Shown here: one piece after another, positions 38,634-50,496 of the stretch | Numbering within the stretch: the first letter of the stretch is position 1 | Layout of the letters: each line of letters opens with the position of its first letter | NCBI RefSeq assembly: GCF_028368995.1 | Contig: NZ_JAQNDL010000003.1 | Span: 896,001 to 960,000, forward strand | Origin: Nannocystis bainbridge | GTDB taxonomy: Bacteria; Myxococcota_A; Polyangia; Nannocystales; Nannocystaceae | Direction of reading: 5' to 3' | DNA: 64,000 nucleotides | The notes under the pieces: generated by a model | The model's database searches: none | Seen by the model: only the letters and a program-made list of their open reading frames with translations | What the model was told of the DNA's origin: nothing | Translations under genes and position numbers: made by a program

Positions 38634-39602
38634 TCAACCTTGCGTATCGAGGCCCAGCGTCGGGGGACCGCCGGGCGGCGACTCTGCAGCATCGGCAGCA
38701 CCCAGCGCCTCGCGCACCCAGCGTCCCACGTCACCGGGGCTCACGGGAGGGAGCGCGCGACGGGCCTCGTGCAGATGCAGGGACAGCGCCGTGAGATCGG
38801 CGAACCGCTCTCCGGGTGACTTCGCCATGCTGCGTCGGAGCAGCGCGGGCAGCGGGCTCGGCAGCGCCGCGAGCTCGGGGTCGTCGGGCAGCGGCATGGA
38901 GCGGATGTTCTCCGTCGTCGCCAGCGGCCCCGTGCCGTCGAACGGTCGCCGACCCAGCAGCAGCTCGTGGAGCGTCACCCCGAGCGCGAACTGATCCGAC
39001 GCGGCGGTGACGGCCTCGCCCGCGACCTGCTCGGGCGACATGTACGCGAACTTGCCCTTGACCATCCGGCCCCAGGTCACGTTGCGCAGCGCCGTCGCCT
39101 TGGCGATGCCGAAGTCTGCCAGCTTGATGTCACCTGTCCGAGAGACCAGGATGTTGCCGGGGCTCACGTCGCGGTGCACGAGCCCCAGCGGTCGGCCGAG
39201 CTCGTCCGTCAGCGCGTGCACGTGCACCAGCGCGTGCGCCACCTGCTCCGCCAGCCACAGCGCCAGCGCCAGCGGCAGCGCCCGGCGGGCCAGCAGCGCC
39301 GCCAGATCGGCCCCGTCGACGTAGTCCATGACCACGAAGTAGGCCCCGAAGTGCAGCCCGAGATCGTGCACGTGCACCAGCCCCGGGTGACTGAAGCGCG
39401 CGCCGATCTTCGCCTCCGCGATCAGCAGCCGCTCGATCTCCGGGCGGCCGCGGTGCTCCGGCCGCAGCAGCTTGAGCGCCACCGGCTTCTCGAACCCGCT
39501 CGCCCCGTAGCGCAGCCCCAGCAGCACCTCCGCCATCCCGCCGCGGCCGAGCCGGCGCACGACGCGATACGGCCCGAGGGTCGCGGGGAGCGGCTCGCTC
39601 AC
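38634..39602 (-). CDS. Cytoplasmic Ser/Thr protein kinase
   Basis: GTG start, LGRGGMAEV, VALK, HRDVSPGN, DFGIAK, YMSPEQ. Confidence 0.92.
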   Translation of the reverse strand: MSEPLPATLGPYRVVRRLGRGGMAEVLLGLRYGASGFEKPVALKLLRPEHRGRPEIERLLIAEAKIGARFSHPGLVHVHDLGLHFGAYFVVMDYVDGADLAALLARRALPLALALWLAEQVAHALVHVHALTDELGRPLGLVHRDVSPGNILVSRTGDIKLADFGIAKATALRNVTWGRMVKGKFAYMSPEQVAGEAVTAASDQFALGVTLHELLLGRRPFDGTGPLATTENIRSMPLPDDPELAALPSPLPALLRRSMAKSPGERFADLTALSLHLHEARRALPPVSPGDVGRWVREALGAADAAESPPGGPPTLGLDTQG

Positions 39603-39677
39603 GAGGAACCAGCCTACGCGATGTCGCCCGGCCTGTCTCGTCCGCGTTTTTGCGCCGGAGGCCGCTATGCTGCCCGC

Positions 39678-41036
<1,359 letters not shown>

Positions 41037-41141
41037 CGGTCCATTCGCACGGACAAGTGAATCCATCGAGTGACCCCGGCGACTCGCACCATTGCGCGCC
41101 GTCGCGCCCGCAACAATCACGACCCTCGCCCCTGCCATCAT

Positions 41142-41909
41142 TCACGCTCGCGCCGTCACCGCGACGACGATCGCCGTGATGTTGTCGCGCGACCCGGCGA
41201 GGAATGCCTCGTGCACCAGCCGCTCGCACACCTCCTCGACCGGCCCGGCCGCCAGCAGCGCCGCGATCGTCTCCTCGGAGAGCGGCCCCGTCAGCCCGTC
41301 GGTGCACAGCAGCAGGCGATCGCCCGCGCGCAGCTCGACCCGGTGCAGCTCCGGTCGCTCCTCCTCGTGGGGCCCCAGCGCCCGCGTGATCACGTTCGCG
41401 TAGCCGAACTCCGCCAGCGGCCCGACCGCGACCCCGCCGTCGCGCAGCTGCTCGTACAGCGAGTGATCGCGCGTCAGCTGCACGAGCGACGGGCCACCTG
41501 TCTCTTCGCGCAGGCGGTACACCCGGCTGTCGCCCAGGTGGGCCACGATCGCCGAGCTCCCCAGCAGCGACACCAGCGCGATCGTCGAGCCCATGTCGCG
41601 CAGCGAGCCCTGGCGGCTCCCGCAGATCCGCCGGTTCGCCAGGCGGATCGCCGCGTCGACCCGGTTCTCCGCCATCGTGAGCGATGGGTCGAGCCCGTAC
41701 GGCCAGGTCGCCTCGGCGTCGGTCGTCACGTGCTGGAAGAACTCCGCCAGCGACTCGACCGCCAGCCGGCTCGCCACCTCCCCGCCCGCGTAGCCGCCCA
41801 TGCCGTCGGCGACGGCGAACACGCCCTCCACCGGCGCGAGCAGATACGCGTCCTCGTTGTGGTGGCGACGACCGACGAACGTGTGCGCGCTGGCGACGAA
41901 GGCATGCAT
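41142..41909 (-). CDS. PP2C-family Ser/Thr phosphatase (Pph1-like)
   Basis: RBS AGGAGG, NED, VADGMGG, HLGDSRVY, LCTDGL, DNIT. Confidence 0.95.
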   Translation of the reverse strand: MHAFVASAHTFVGRRHHNEDAYLLAPVEGVFAVADGMGGYAGGEVASRLAVESLAEFFQHVTTDAEATWPYGLDPSLTMAENRVDAAIRLANRRICGSRQGSLRDMGSTIALVSLLGSSAIVAHLGDSRVYRLREETGGPSLVQLTRDHSLYEQLRDGGVAVGPLAEFGYANVITRALGPHEEERPELHRVELRAGDRLLLCTDGLTGPLSEETIAALLAAGPVEEVCERLVHEAFLAGSRDNITAIVVAVTARA

Positions 41910-42156
41910 GCCCACCTCCTTCCAAGCCGCGCGCCGCGGCCAAGCCCGCGACAATTCACGCACCCCTGGCGACCGCACACCCCACCCGTCGGGCCCCTCC
42001 CCAGGAGGGGTGGAGACTCGCCACCTCAGCGCGGAGGACGCAGCGCCAGCTCGCGCGCCTTCCCGTCACTCCCACCATTGGCCCGCGCATTCGCGGACGA
42101 TCGGGGAGCCCGCCGCCTCGCGTGTGACGCTCACGTCGCGAGGACCTGGCCCGTCG

Positions 42157-43254
42157 ATGTTATCCTCGCTGCCCGTGGCTTCACCGCGCATCCTCCTCGC
42201 CGCCGCGTCCCTCGTGCTCGCCTGCAACGACGCTGGACCCGCCGGCGCGTCCGCGAGCGCCACCACCGGCGAACTCACCACCTCCACGACCTCGACCGAC
42301 ACCAGCACTGGGGGTCCGCTCACCACCGGCGGATCGCTCACCACCGGCGACAGCGAAGACGGCACCACCACCACGACCACCACGGGTGACCCGCTCCCGA
42401 CCTCGACCTCGACGACCACCGGCGACGACACCACCACCGGCGGCCTCACGCGCTGCCCCGTCGTCGCACCGGCGGCGCAGGTCTCGATCGTCGCCGACGA
42501 CGACATCCACGAGACCTCCGGCCTGATCGCCAGCCGCACCCAGACGGACGTGTTCTGGCTGCACAACGACTCTGGCGACGGCCCGCGCTTCTTCGCCATC
42601 GACCCGACCGGCGCGCGCCTCGGCGCCTTCGAGGTCGACGGCGCCCAGGCCGTCGATTGGGAGGATATGTCCTCCGGGCCAGGTCCTACCGCCGGCGAAT
42701 GGCTGTACTTCGGCGACATCGGCGACAACCCCGAGTCGCGGCAGTCGATCACCGTCTACCGCGTGCCCGAGCCCGACGCCGCCGCTGCCGGCGGGGAGAC
42801 CGTCACCATCGAGGGCGTCGAGGCCATCGAGCTCACCTACCCGGACGAGCCGCACAACGCCGAGACCTTGCTGGTCGACCCGCAGACCGGGGACCTGGTG
42901 ATCGTGGCCAAGGGCGACCCGACCCGGATCTTCCGCCTCCCCGGCCCGGTCGCGGCGGGCGGCCCCTACGTGCTCGAGGAGGTCGCGCCGATCCAGTTCC
43001 CGGCCGTCGTCGCCACTGGCGGCGACATCTCGCCCGCCGGCGACTTCATCGCCGTCCGCACCTACGGCCAGGCGTTCCTGTGGCTGCGCCTGCCCGGTGA
43101 CTCCATCGCCGACGCCTTTGCCGGCGAGCCTTGCACGATCCCCCTCGCCATCGAGACCCAGGGCGAGACCCTCGCCATCGCCCCCGACGCCTCCGGCTAT
43201 TACACCATGAGCGAAGGCGACGCCGTCCCGCTGTGGTGGTACGGCTTCAATTGA
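42157..43254 (+). CDS. Lipoprotein: Thr-rich stalk plus beta-propeller (esterase/phytase-like)
   Basis: Lipobox VLAC, ETSGL, WLHNDSG, DWEDM, GDIGDN, NAETL, VRTY, QGE. Confidence 0.85.
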   Translation: MLSSLPVASPRILLAAASLVLACNDAGPAGASASATTGELTTSTTSTDTSTGGPLTTGGSLTTGDSEDGTTTTTTTGDPLPTSTSTTTGDDTTTGGLTRCPVVAPAAQVSIVADDDIHETSGLIASRTQTDVFWLHNDSGDGPRFFAIDPTGARLGAFEVDGAQAVDWEDMSSGPGPTAGEWLYFGDIGDNPESRQSITVYRVPEPDAAAAGGETVTIEGVEAIELTYPDEPHNAETLLVDPQTGDLVIVAKGDPTRIFRLPGPVAAGGPYVLEEVAPIQFPAVVATGGDISPAGDFIAVRTYGQAFLWLRLPGDSIADAFAGEPCTIPLAIETQGETLAIAPDASGYYTMSEGDAVPLWWYGFN

Positions 43255-43291
43255 GTCGACCCCGCCGCGCTGCCAGCGGGCGCGGCGTCGT

Positions 43292-43834
43292 TCATTCGCG
43301 CGTGAGCACGAAGATCCGGTCGACGCACGCCTCGCCGCGCCAGATCGTCTCCACCGCCGCCTCCTCGATCATCCCCAGGCGGCGCGCCAGCGCCAGCGAG
43401 CGCAGGTTGCGGTCGTCGATCGTCACCTGGATCCGCGTCACCCCCAGCTGCGCGAACGCGTAAGTAAACACCGCGCGGACCGCCTCGCTGGCCAGCCCCC
43501 GGCCCTGCTGCGCCGTCATCAGCGTATAGCCGATCTCCACCGTCGTCGGCTCGCCTGCCATCACGCGCAGGCCGATGTCTCCGATCAGCGCGCCGTCGGC
43601 GTGCAGCGCCAGGGCGAACTGGTACCACACGCCCGGCACCCCGGGCCGGGCGCCCTGCAGCCCGGCGATGAAATCACGCGCCTGCGCCTCGTCGAATTGT
43701 GACCACCCCTGATAGCGGGCCACCTCCGGGTCGGCGCGATAGGCCACCAGGATCGGCGCATCCGCCTCGCGGAACGCCCGGATCTGCAGCCGCGGCGTGG
43801 TGATGAAGCAACCTGTCTCTTCAAACATACTCAC
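43292..43834 (-). CDS. GNAT acetyltransferase (RimJ/RimL family)
   Basis: TPRLQIR, YRADPEVARYQGW, EIGYTL, QGRGLASEA, NLRSLALARRLGM. Confidence 0.92.
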   Translation of the reverse strand: MSMFEETGCFITTPRLQIRAFREADAPILVAYRADPEVARYQGWSQFDEAQARDFIAGLQGARPGVPGVWYQFALALHADGALIGDIGLRVMAGEPTTVEIGYTLMTAQQGRGLASEAVRAVFTYAFAQLGVTRIQVTIDDRNLRSLALARRLGMIEEAAVETIWRGEACVDRIFVLTRE

Positions 43835-46340
43835 CAGCCCCGGAGAAGAACAGCCCCGCCCCGCGCAGCAGCCGCGGCGCCTCGGCGGTCGTGGCGATCG
43901 CGTGCGCGCTCGCTTCGTCGGTCGGCGCCGGCAGCCGCGCGTCGCGGCCGATCGCCAGCAGCGCCCCGTCGAAGCTCTGCGCGAGGCGGGCCGCCGCCAC
44001 GCAGGCGTCCCCCCGCAGGTGCGTCGCCAGCCGCGCCACGCTCGCCGCGTCCGCGCGCCAGCTCTGCAGCTGCTCCGCGAGCTGGCCCCGCCGCGCCGCC
44101 GTGAAGCGCTCCGGCGTCACCCCGCGCTTGTGCCAGAGGCGCACGATCGTCTGCGCCCCCGGCAATGTCGGCACCTGCGCCGGCTCACCCAGCCACGCCA
44201 TCGCTGCCAGCAATTCGTGGAGCGACGCCCCGGCCGGATCGAGCACGATCGCCAGGCCGCCGCGGATCAGCTCCGCCGCCAGCGCCAGGCGGAATCGCCG
44301 CTCGCGTGGGTCCTGGCGCACGATCGGCGGATACACCACGATCGTCGGCTCGCGCTCGTTGCGAATGCCCACACCGCCCTCGGGTCCGCCGCGGCCGACG
44401 CGGACCTGCAGCCGCGATCCCGTGCGCGCGCGCAGCCACGCCAGCGTCGGCTCGACCTGCGCCAGCACCTGCGCCGTCACCTCCGCGTCCGCCGGCACCA
44501 GCTCGCGCGCGGCACGGATCCCCGCCGTCGCCGCCGTCAACGCCTGCAAGCTCCCGCGGATCGCCTCACGCGGCTCGCCGACGTCCTCGCTCGCCGCCGT
44601 CGGCGTCTCCTCGCCCGCCTCACCGACCTCGATCTCGACCCCTGCGATCGCGCACCCTGGCAGCAGGAAACTCGCCACCTGTCGCAGCGCTCGCGCGCGC
44701 CCCGGCTCACCTGTCTCTTCGACCATCTCTGCCAGCGCCAGCACCGCGCCCGGCTCGAGCGAGCGGGCCGCCCGCGCTTGCAGCTCCGTGCGCACCCGCC
44801 TGCGATCCGCGCGCCCCGGGCCACCCGCGATCGCCTCGCCTGGCAGCCCCTCGCGCGCCCGGTGCAGCGCCGCAGCCGCGATCTCGCTCGCCGCTCGCTC
44901 CGCCTCGGCTACGTCGCGCCCGCAGCGGCGGCCCGCCGCGGCCACCCGCGCCTGCAGCTCGGCCGGCTCGCACCACGCTCGCTCGCACCGCTCATCTGCC
45001 GCCAGCGCCGCGTCGACGGCCGCCTCGACCTGCTCGCTCGCCACCTGCGGATCGCCGGCCCGCGCGATCGCCAGCGCTCGCCACGCCGCCGCCTGCGCCG
45101 CCGGCCCCCCGCTCCACGCCATGTCCTCGACGCCCGATCGCGCTCGCCCGCCCCACGACATGTCCTCGAGGACAGCCCGCGCACGACCTCCGGCCCCCAG
45201 CAGCTCCGCCTCGGCCAGCGCTCGCGCCACCCGCCGCCGCGACCGCGCCGCCGGCGGGCCCGGCATTCGCTCGAGCGTCGTCAGCCCGCGCACCACCGCC
45301 TCCGCCTCGCCGGCGCGCGCCTGGGCCACGATCACCCGCCACCACGCCTCCGGGTCGTCGGGCGCCGCCGCCAGCCACGCCCGCACCGCCGCTCCTGCCC
45401 CCGCGCGGTCGCGGAAGCGCAGCAGCTCCGCCTGCACCTGCGCCAGCGCCCGCGTCAGCCGCCGCGCCCCCGGGTGCGTCGGCGCCGGCGCGTAGCTCAG
45501 GGCCGCCAGCGCCGCCGCGCGATCACCTGCCCGCAGCGCCGCCCGCAGCTCGGCCAGCGGATCGTCCAGTCCTTCGGACATGTCTTCTCGCGCATGTCCC
45601 TCGGGAAATGTCCGAAAGGGCATGTCCTCACGAACATGTCCTTGTGGACCTGACCCATGGGCCACGTCCGCCAGCACCACCCGCAGCCCGCGGCCTTCCC
45701 CGCGCACCCGCGTCACCGCCAGCCCGAGCGTGCGCGGCGGGCTCGTCCCGGCCGCGCGGAACGCCCGGCGCAGCAGCCACTCCGGCCGGACCCGCAGCGT
45801 GTCCGCCGCGACCGTCACCACCCCCTCGCGCCCGAGCGCCAGCCCGCGGGCCACCGCCGACCACAGGGCCGTCCCCGAGGGCGCCAGCGGTCCGGTCGCC
45901 CACACGCGACGGGCGCGCACGCAGATCTCTCCTGCCTCCGCCGTCGCCGTGAGCTCGATCTGGGCCAGCGCCGGCCAGCCGTCGTCGCGCGGCCCGCTCA
46001 GCGTCAGCACCGCCGCCTCGCCGGCGAGATCTACGCCGACCTGCTCGATCGGCCAGCCGCCGATCGGCAGCCCGCGCAGCGACTGCGCCGCCGCCGCGAG
46101 CGCCTCCGCGGTCACCTCCAGGCGGGCCTCGAGCGCGCGCCAGCGGCCGTCCCGCAGCCCCGCCGTCGCGCCCTGCGGCTCGCCGATCGGCTCGGCGATC
46201 AGGCCCGTCAGGCGCAGCCCGGGCGCCAGGTCGGCCGGGCCGGCGTGGAGCCGGACCCGCGGGCCACCTGGCCCCTGGGCCAGCTCGAGGCGGAGGCCGA
46301 GGCCGCTCGCCTGTCCGTCACGACCGGTCGCGGACGCCAT
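43821..46340 (-). CDS. Large Ala/Arg-rich hypothetical protein with TPR-like helices, carrying an in-frame repeat array
   Basis: Fills the gap between the co-oriented ppiD-like and GNAT genes. TPR-like helical segments. Confidence 0.65.
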   Translation of the reverse strand: MASATGRDGQASGLGLRLELAQGPGGPRVRLHAGPADLAPGLRLTGLIAEPIGEPQGATAGLRDGRWRALEARLEVTAEALAAAAQSLRGLPIGGWPIEQVGVDLAGEAAVLTLSGPRDDGWPALAQIELTATAEAGEICVRARRVWATGPLAPSGTALWSAVARGLALGREGVVTVAADTLRVRPEWLLRRAFRAAGTSPPRTLGLAVTRVRGEGRGLRVVLADVAHGSGPQGHVREDMPFRTFPEGHAREDMSEGLDDPLAELRAALRAGDRAAALAALSYAPAPTHPGARRLTRALAQVQAELLRFRDRAGAGAAVRAWLAAAPDDPEAWWRVIVAQARAGEAEAVVRGLTTLERMPGPPAARSRRRVARALAEAELLGAGGRARAVLEDMSWGGRARSGVEDMAWSGGPAAQAAAWRALAIARAGDPQVASEQVEAAVDAALAADERCERAWCEPAELQARVAAAGRRCGRDVAEAERAASEIAAAALHRAREGLPGEAIAGGPGRADRRRVRTELQARAARSLEPGAVLALAEMVEETGEPGRARALRQVASFLLPGCAIAGVEIEVGEAGEETPTAASEDVGEPREAIRGSLQALTAATAGIRAARELVPADAEVTAQVLAQVEPTLAWLRARTGSRLQVRVGRGGPEGGVGIRNEREPTIVVYPPIVRQDPRERRFRLALAAELIRGGLAIVLDPAGASLHELLAAMAWLGEPAQVPTLPGAQTIVRLWHKRGVTPERFTAARRGQLAEQLQSWRADAASVARLATHLRGDACVAAARLAQSFDGALLAIGRDARLPAPTDEASAHAIATTAEAPRLLRGAGLFFSGAGEYV
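45576..45669. repeat. 14-bp-period palindrome array, 7 units, inside ORF 43821..46340
   Basis: Cores at 45579, 45593, 45607, 45621, 45635, 45649, 45663. Translates as GPQGHVREDMPFRTFPEGHAREDMSE. Confidence 0.9.
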
Positions 46341-46367
46341 GGGTCTGCGACCTGTCCCTTCAGTCAG

Positions 46368-48179
46368 CTAGCGGCCACCGCCGCCGGTCAGCGCTGCCAG
46401 GTTGAGCATGCCGCCGCGGTTACCGACGCGGTCGCACATCACGTACGGCCGCAGCACCCGGTTGCCCTTGTCGTCGAAGGCTTCCTTGCTGTCGTAGGTC
46501 ATCTTCTCCTGCACGCGCTGCTCATACGGGACGATGTCGCCGCGGGCCTTGTCGCCGAGGCAGGTGTGGTAGGCGAAGCGGGCCGTGACCTTGGCCGCCT
46601 TGGCCTCGGACAGCTCGCGGTAGAGGCCCGCGCGGGCGGCCGCGAAGCCCTCGTCGGTGGCCGTCTCCTTGCGCTCGACCGCCGCCAGGATGAAGCCGTC
46701 GGGCGTCTCGAACACCTGGTCGATGAACTCGGCCTTCGGATCGGCCGACCACGCGGCCTTCGTGATCTCGGGGTTCACGCCGAGGCCGGGGATCGGCTTC
46801 TCCTTGCTGAACAGACCGGTGACTCGCAGTTCGGGCTTGTCGTCGCCCGGCTTCGGCGCCGGCGGCGGCTCGGTCGGCACCTCGAGCTGATCGATCCCCC
46901 CGGCCGTCGGCCCGCCGAGCGCGTCGGGCGAGCGGAACAGCTGCTTCATCGTCGACCCGTCCTTGAGCGCCTGCAGCGCCTCGGCCGCGGCCTGCTTCGC
47001 CAGCGCCTTGCCGCGCTCGCGCATCAGCGCCTCCTCCGCCAGGTCGACGATCGCCTCGTCCTGGGCCACGTCGCCCTCGCGCTGGCCCTCGACCTTGACG
47101 ACGTAGAACGCCTCGTCGCTCTCGACCACGTCGGAGCGCTCGCCGACTTGCAGCTTGCGCGCCGCCTCGTCGACCGCCGGGTCGAGCCCGGTGCCGGTGC
47201 CCTCGAGCGTCACCCACCCGTAGTCACCGCCGCGCCGGGCCGTGTCGCCGTCCTCCGAGGTCGCCCGCGCCACCGCGCGGAAGTCCTCGCCGGCCTGCAG
47301 CTTGGCCAGCGCCCCGTCGATCTTGGCGCGCGTCGCCGCCAGGTCGCTGGCGTACTTCTGCTGCGTCGCCTTGTCCGCGTCGACCGCCGGCGGCTGCGGC
47401 TTGCCGACCTCGATGAAGCGCAGGCGGATCTGCTTGGGCAGCTTGAGGAAGCGCGTGCCCTGCGACTCGAACTGCTTGACCAGCTCGTCCTTGTGGGCCG
47501 CCACGTACGCGTCGAGGTCGGCGCGCGACGAGTCGACCAGGTCGGCGAACCGCCCGGCCTCGAAGCGGGCGTAACGCAGCGACAGCTGGTTCTGGCGCCC
47601 GTCGTAGGCCGCCCGGACCTCGGCCTCGGACACCGTGATCACGCTCGCCAGCACGTCGCGCACGGTGCGGGCCAGCACCTCTTCGCGCTGGTAGTCGAGG
47701 TAGCGGCGCTCGCCGACGGCGAAGCGAGGCAGCCAGTTGCGCTCGAACGCCGCGTAGTTGAAGGTCTGCCCGGCCAGCCAGTCCCAGGTCTTGCCGAGCA
47801 CGATGAAGTGGCCGTCGGCCGTGAGATCTTCGGCGTCGCCGAGGTCGGCCACCAGGCCCATGCGCCGGCCGATCTCGCCGAGCACGCGGCGCTCGATGAT
47901 CGCGTCGAGCACCTCCTCGTAGAGGCCCAGCATCTCCTGCATCTTCGCGTCCTCGGGGATCCGCGTGGTCAAGGAGATGGCCCGGGCTTCGTACTGGAAG
48001 TCCTCGTCGACCACGTTCGCGCCGTAGGTCTTGGCGATCGGCTGGAGCCCGCACGTGATCGCTTCGGTCGGCAGGCCGAAGCTCAGCCCGAAGGCGAGCG
48101 CCAGCATCCCGAGCAGGATCCACGCGCCGATGGTCTTCATCGCGGTGCCACGTGGGGCCGCGTCCGTCTCGTCCGTCAT
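46368..48179 (-). CDS. PpiD/SurA-like membrane-anchored periplasmic chaperone/PPIase (start may be 48140)
   Basis: N-terminal TM, SurA-N-like region, parvulin motif GEDFRAVARATSED..TARRGGDYGW...SDVVES...FYVVKV. Divergent from mreB. Confidence 0.85.
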   Translation of the reverse strand: MTDETDAAPRGTAMKTIGAWILLGMLALAFGLSFGLPTEAITCGLQPIAKTYGANVVDEDFQYEARAISLTTRIPEDAKMQEMLGLYEEVLDAIIERRVLGEIGRRMGLVADLGDAEDLTADGHFIVLGKTWDWLAGQTFNYAAFERNWLPRFAVGERRYLDYQREEVLARTVRDVLASVITVSEAEVRAAYDGRQNQLSLRYARFEAGRFADLVDSSRADLDAYVAAHKDELVKQFESQGTRFLKLPKQIRLRFIEVGKPQPPAVDADKATQQKYASDLAATRAKIDGALAKLQAGEDFRAVARATSEDGDTARRGGDYGWVTLEGTGTGLDPAVDEAARKLQVGERSDVVESDEAFYVVKVEGQREGDVAQDEAIVDLAEEALMRERGKALAKQAAAEALQALKDGSTMKQLFRSPDALGGPTAGGIDQLEVPTEPPPAPKPGDDKPELRVTGLFSKEKPIPGLGVNPEITKAAWSADPKAEFIDQVFETPDGFILAAVERKETATDEGFAAARAGLYRELSEAKAAKVTARFAYHTCLGDKARGDIVPYEQRVQEKMTYDSKEAFDDKGNRVLRPYVMCDRVGNRGGMLNLAALTGGGGR

Positions 48180-48412
48180 GTCCCGGCGAAGCTAGCGGTA
48201 AGACGGCCCCTGGGAAACTCCGGACCGCCTGCGGGCCCGCGGAATACGCCGGCCGGGTGCCGCGTTGGCCGCCGCGGAGCCGGCGCTCCGCGCTCCTGGG
48301 CCCGAAGCCGGCGGACGCTCGTCGGTTGTGAGAAAAGCCGCAAGCCTCACGCACAACGCCGCTGACTTGCCGCCGACGACTTCGGCGGGTACACCCGAAC
48401 GCCGCGCGCAGC

Positions 48413-49444
48413 ATGCTCTTTGACTGGGTATACGGCCTGTTCTCCAACGACATGGCCATCGACCTCGGGACCGCCACCACCCTGACGTACGTCAAGGGTA
48501 GGGGGATCGTCGCCCACGAGCCCAGCGTGGTGGCCGTGCAAAAGAAGGGCAGCACCAAGCGGGTCGTCGCCGTCGGCAAGGAGGCCAAGGAGATGCTGGG
48601 GCGCACGCCCGGCAGCATCACCGCCATCCGGCCGATGAAGGACGGCGTCATCGCCGACTTCGAGGTCACCGAGGCGATGATGCGGCACTTCATCAACCGG
48701 GCCCACAACCGCCAGACCCTGGTCAAGCCGCGGATCGTCATCTGCGTGCCCTCGGGCATCACCGAGGTCGAGAAGCGGGCGGTCAAGGACTCGGCGCTGG
48801 CGGCCGGGGCGCGCGAGGTGTTCCTCATCGAGGAGCCGATGGCCGCGGCGATCGGCGCCGGCCTGCCGATCACCGAGCCGGGCGGCAACATGGTCGTCGA
48901 CATCGGCGGCGGCACGGCCGAGGTCGCGGTGATCTCCCTCGCCGGGATCGTCGCCTGCAAGAGCATCCGCGTCGGCGGCGACAAGATCGACGAGGCGATC
49001 GTCCAGCACGTCAAGCGCAAGTACAACCTCCTGATCGGCGAGCGGACCGCCGAGCGCATCAAGATCCAGATCGGCACCGCCGCGCCGATGCGCAACTTCA
49101 TGACGATGGAGGTCAAGGGCCGCGACCTGGTCGGCGGGATCCCCAAGACCATCGTCGTCGACAGCGAGGAGATCCGCGAGGCCGTCAGCGAGCCGGTCGC
49201 GGCGATCGTCGAGGCCGTGCGCATGGTGCTCGAGGCCGCCCCGCCCGAGCTGTGCGCCGACATCGTCGACAAGGGCATCGTCCTCACCGGCGGCGGCTCG
49301 CAGCTGCGCAACCTCGACGTCCTCCTGTCCGAAGAGACAGGCCTGCCGTGCTTCGTGTGCGACGAGCCCGAGTTCGCGGTCGTGCTCGGCACCGGCGCGG
49401 TCCTCGACGAGCTCGACCTCCTCCGCGAGGTCGCGCTCCAGTAG
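48413..49444 (+). CDS. mreB: Rod shape-determining protein MreB
   Basis: [46 protein letters not shown]. Confidence 0.98.
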   Translation: MLFDWVYGLFSNDMAIDLGTATTLTYVKGRGIVAHEPSVVAVQKKGSTKRVVAVGKEAKEMLGRTPGSITAIRPMKDGVIADFEVTEAMMRHFINRAHNRQTLVKPRIVICVPSGITEVEKRAVKDSALAAGAREVFLIEEPMAAAIGAGLPITEPGGNMVVDIGGGTAEVAVISLAGIVACKSIRVGGDKIDEAIVQHVKRKYNLLIGERTAERIKIQIGTAAPMRNFMTMEVKGRDLVGGIPKTIVVDSEEIREAVSEPVAAIVEAVRMVLEAAPPELCADIVDKGIVLTGGGSQLRNLDVLLSEETGLPCFVCDEPEFAVVLGTGAVLDELDLLREVALQ

Positions 49445-49457
49445 GGAGCCCCGGAGG

Positions 49458-50336
49458 ATGGCCGGCCTCCGCAGCGCCAAGAACGCGGTCCTGGTCGCGA
49501 TCCTGCTCGGGATCCCGGCGCTCCTGCTGCGCTCGAGCTTGCAGGACCCACGCGCGCTCGGCGGCTTCGACCGCATGGCCGTCAAGATCGGCGCCCCGCT
49601 CGAGGCCGGCATCAGCTACGCCGCCGGCAACGCCGGCCGGTTCTTCGAGCGCTGGCTGCTGCAGGCCCGCCTGCAGGACGACAACGAGACGCTCGCGGCC
49701 GAGAACCGCAAGCTCCGGCTCGACCTGCGCGGCCTGCTGCAAGTGGAGGAAGAGAACCGCGAGCTGCGGCGTTCGCTGCAGATGCGCGACAAGGTCGCCG
49801 AGGACATGCTCGCCGCCGAGGTCGCGGGCGTCGAGCAGTCGCCGTTCTTCCGCGTCGTCAAGCTGCGGCTCGACCGCGGCGACCGGGTCGTGCGCCCCGG
49901 CATGGCCGTGATCGCCGACGCCGGCGTGGTCGGCCGCATCGACCGCGCCGCCGGCGACCACAGCGAGGTCATGCTGATCACCGACCCACGCAGCAAGGTC
50001 GCGGTCGAGATCGCCAGCACCCGCGCGCCCGGAATCCTCGAGGGCATCGGCGAGGACCGCTGCGTCGTCCACGTCGCCGCCGACCTCGGCGTCAGCGTCG
50101 GCGACCTGGTCCAGACCTCCGGCGTCGACGAGCTGTTCCCCCGCGGCCAGCCGGTCGGCCAGGTCGTGCGCGTCGACGACGTCGTCGGCGCCCAGCAGCG
50201 CGTCCACGTCATCCCCGCCGTCCGCTTCGACCGCCTCGACATGGTGTGGGTGGTCCTCGCCAGCGCCCCCGCCCCCGACCCCGAGGGCGCCAACCGCCCG
50301 CCCGCCGCCGCCTACGGCCTCGGCCCGCTGCAGTGA
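49458..50336 (+). CDS. mreC: Rod shape-determining protein MreC
   Basis: TM, coiled coil (EEENRELRR), GMAVI...GVVGRI, LITD, TSG...FPRG, and position after mreB. Confidence 0.95.
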   Translation: MAGLRSAKNAVLVAILLGIPALLLRSSLQDPRALGGFDRMAVKIGAPLEAGISYAAGNAGRFFERWLLQARLQDDNETLAAENRKLRLDLRGLLQVEEENRELRRSLQMRDKVAEDMLAAEVAGVEQSPFFRVVKLRLDRGDRVVRPGMAVIADAGVVGRIDRAAGDHSEVMLITDPRSKVAVEIASTRAPGILEGIGEDRCVVHVAADLGVSVGDLVQTSGVDELFPRGQPVGQVVRVDDVVGAQQRVHVIPAVRFDRLDMVWVVLASAPAPDPEGANRPPAAAYGLGPLQ

Positions 50337-50387
50337 TGCCCATGCCCATGCCCATGCCCACGCCGACCGCCGCCGCCCGCATCACCG

Positions 50388-50467
50388 CGACATGTCCGCA
50401 AGGACATGTCCATGAGGACAGCGCTGATCGTACATGTCTCTTCGGACATGGCCCTTCGAGCATCCTC
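50388..50467. repeat. 14-bp-period palindrome array, 6 units, between mreC and mreD, preceded by (ATGCCC)x4
   Basis: Cores at 50391, 50405, 50419, 50433, 50447, 50461. Hexamer run at about 50336-50359. Confidence 0.88.
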
Positions 50468-50496
50468 GGACATCAAGGTCCCATGCCCCACGGCTC

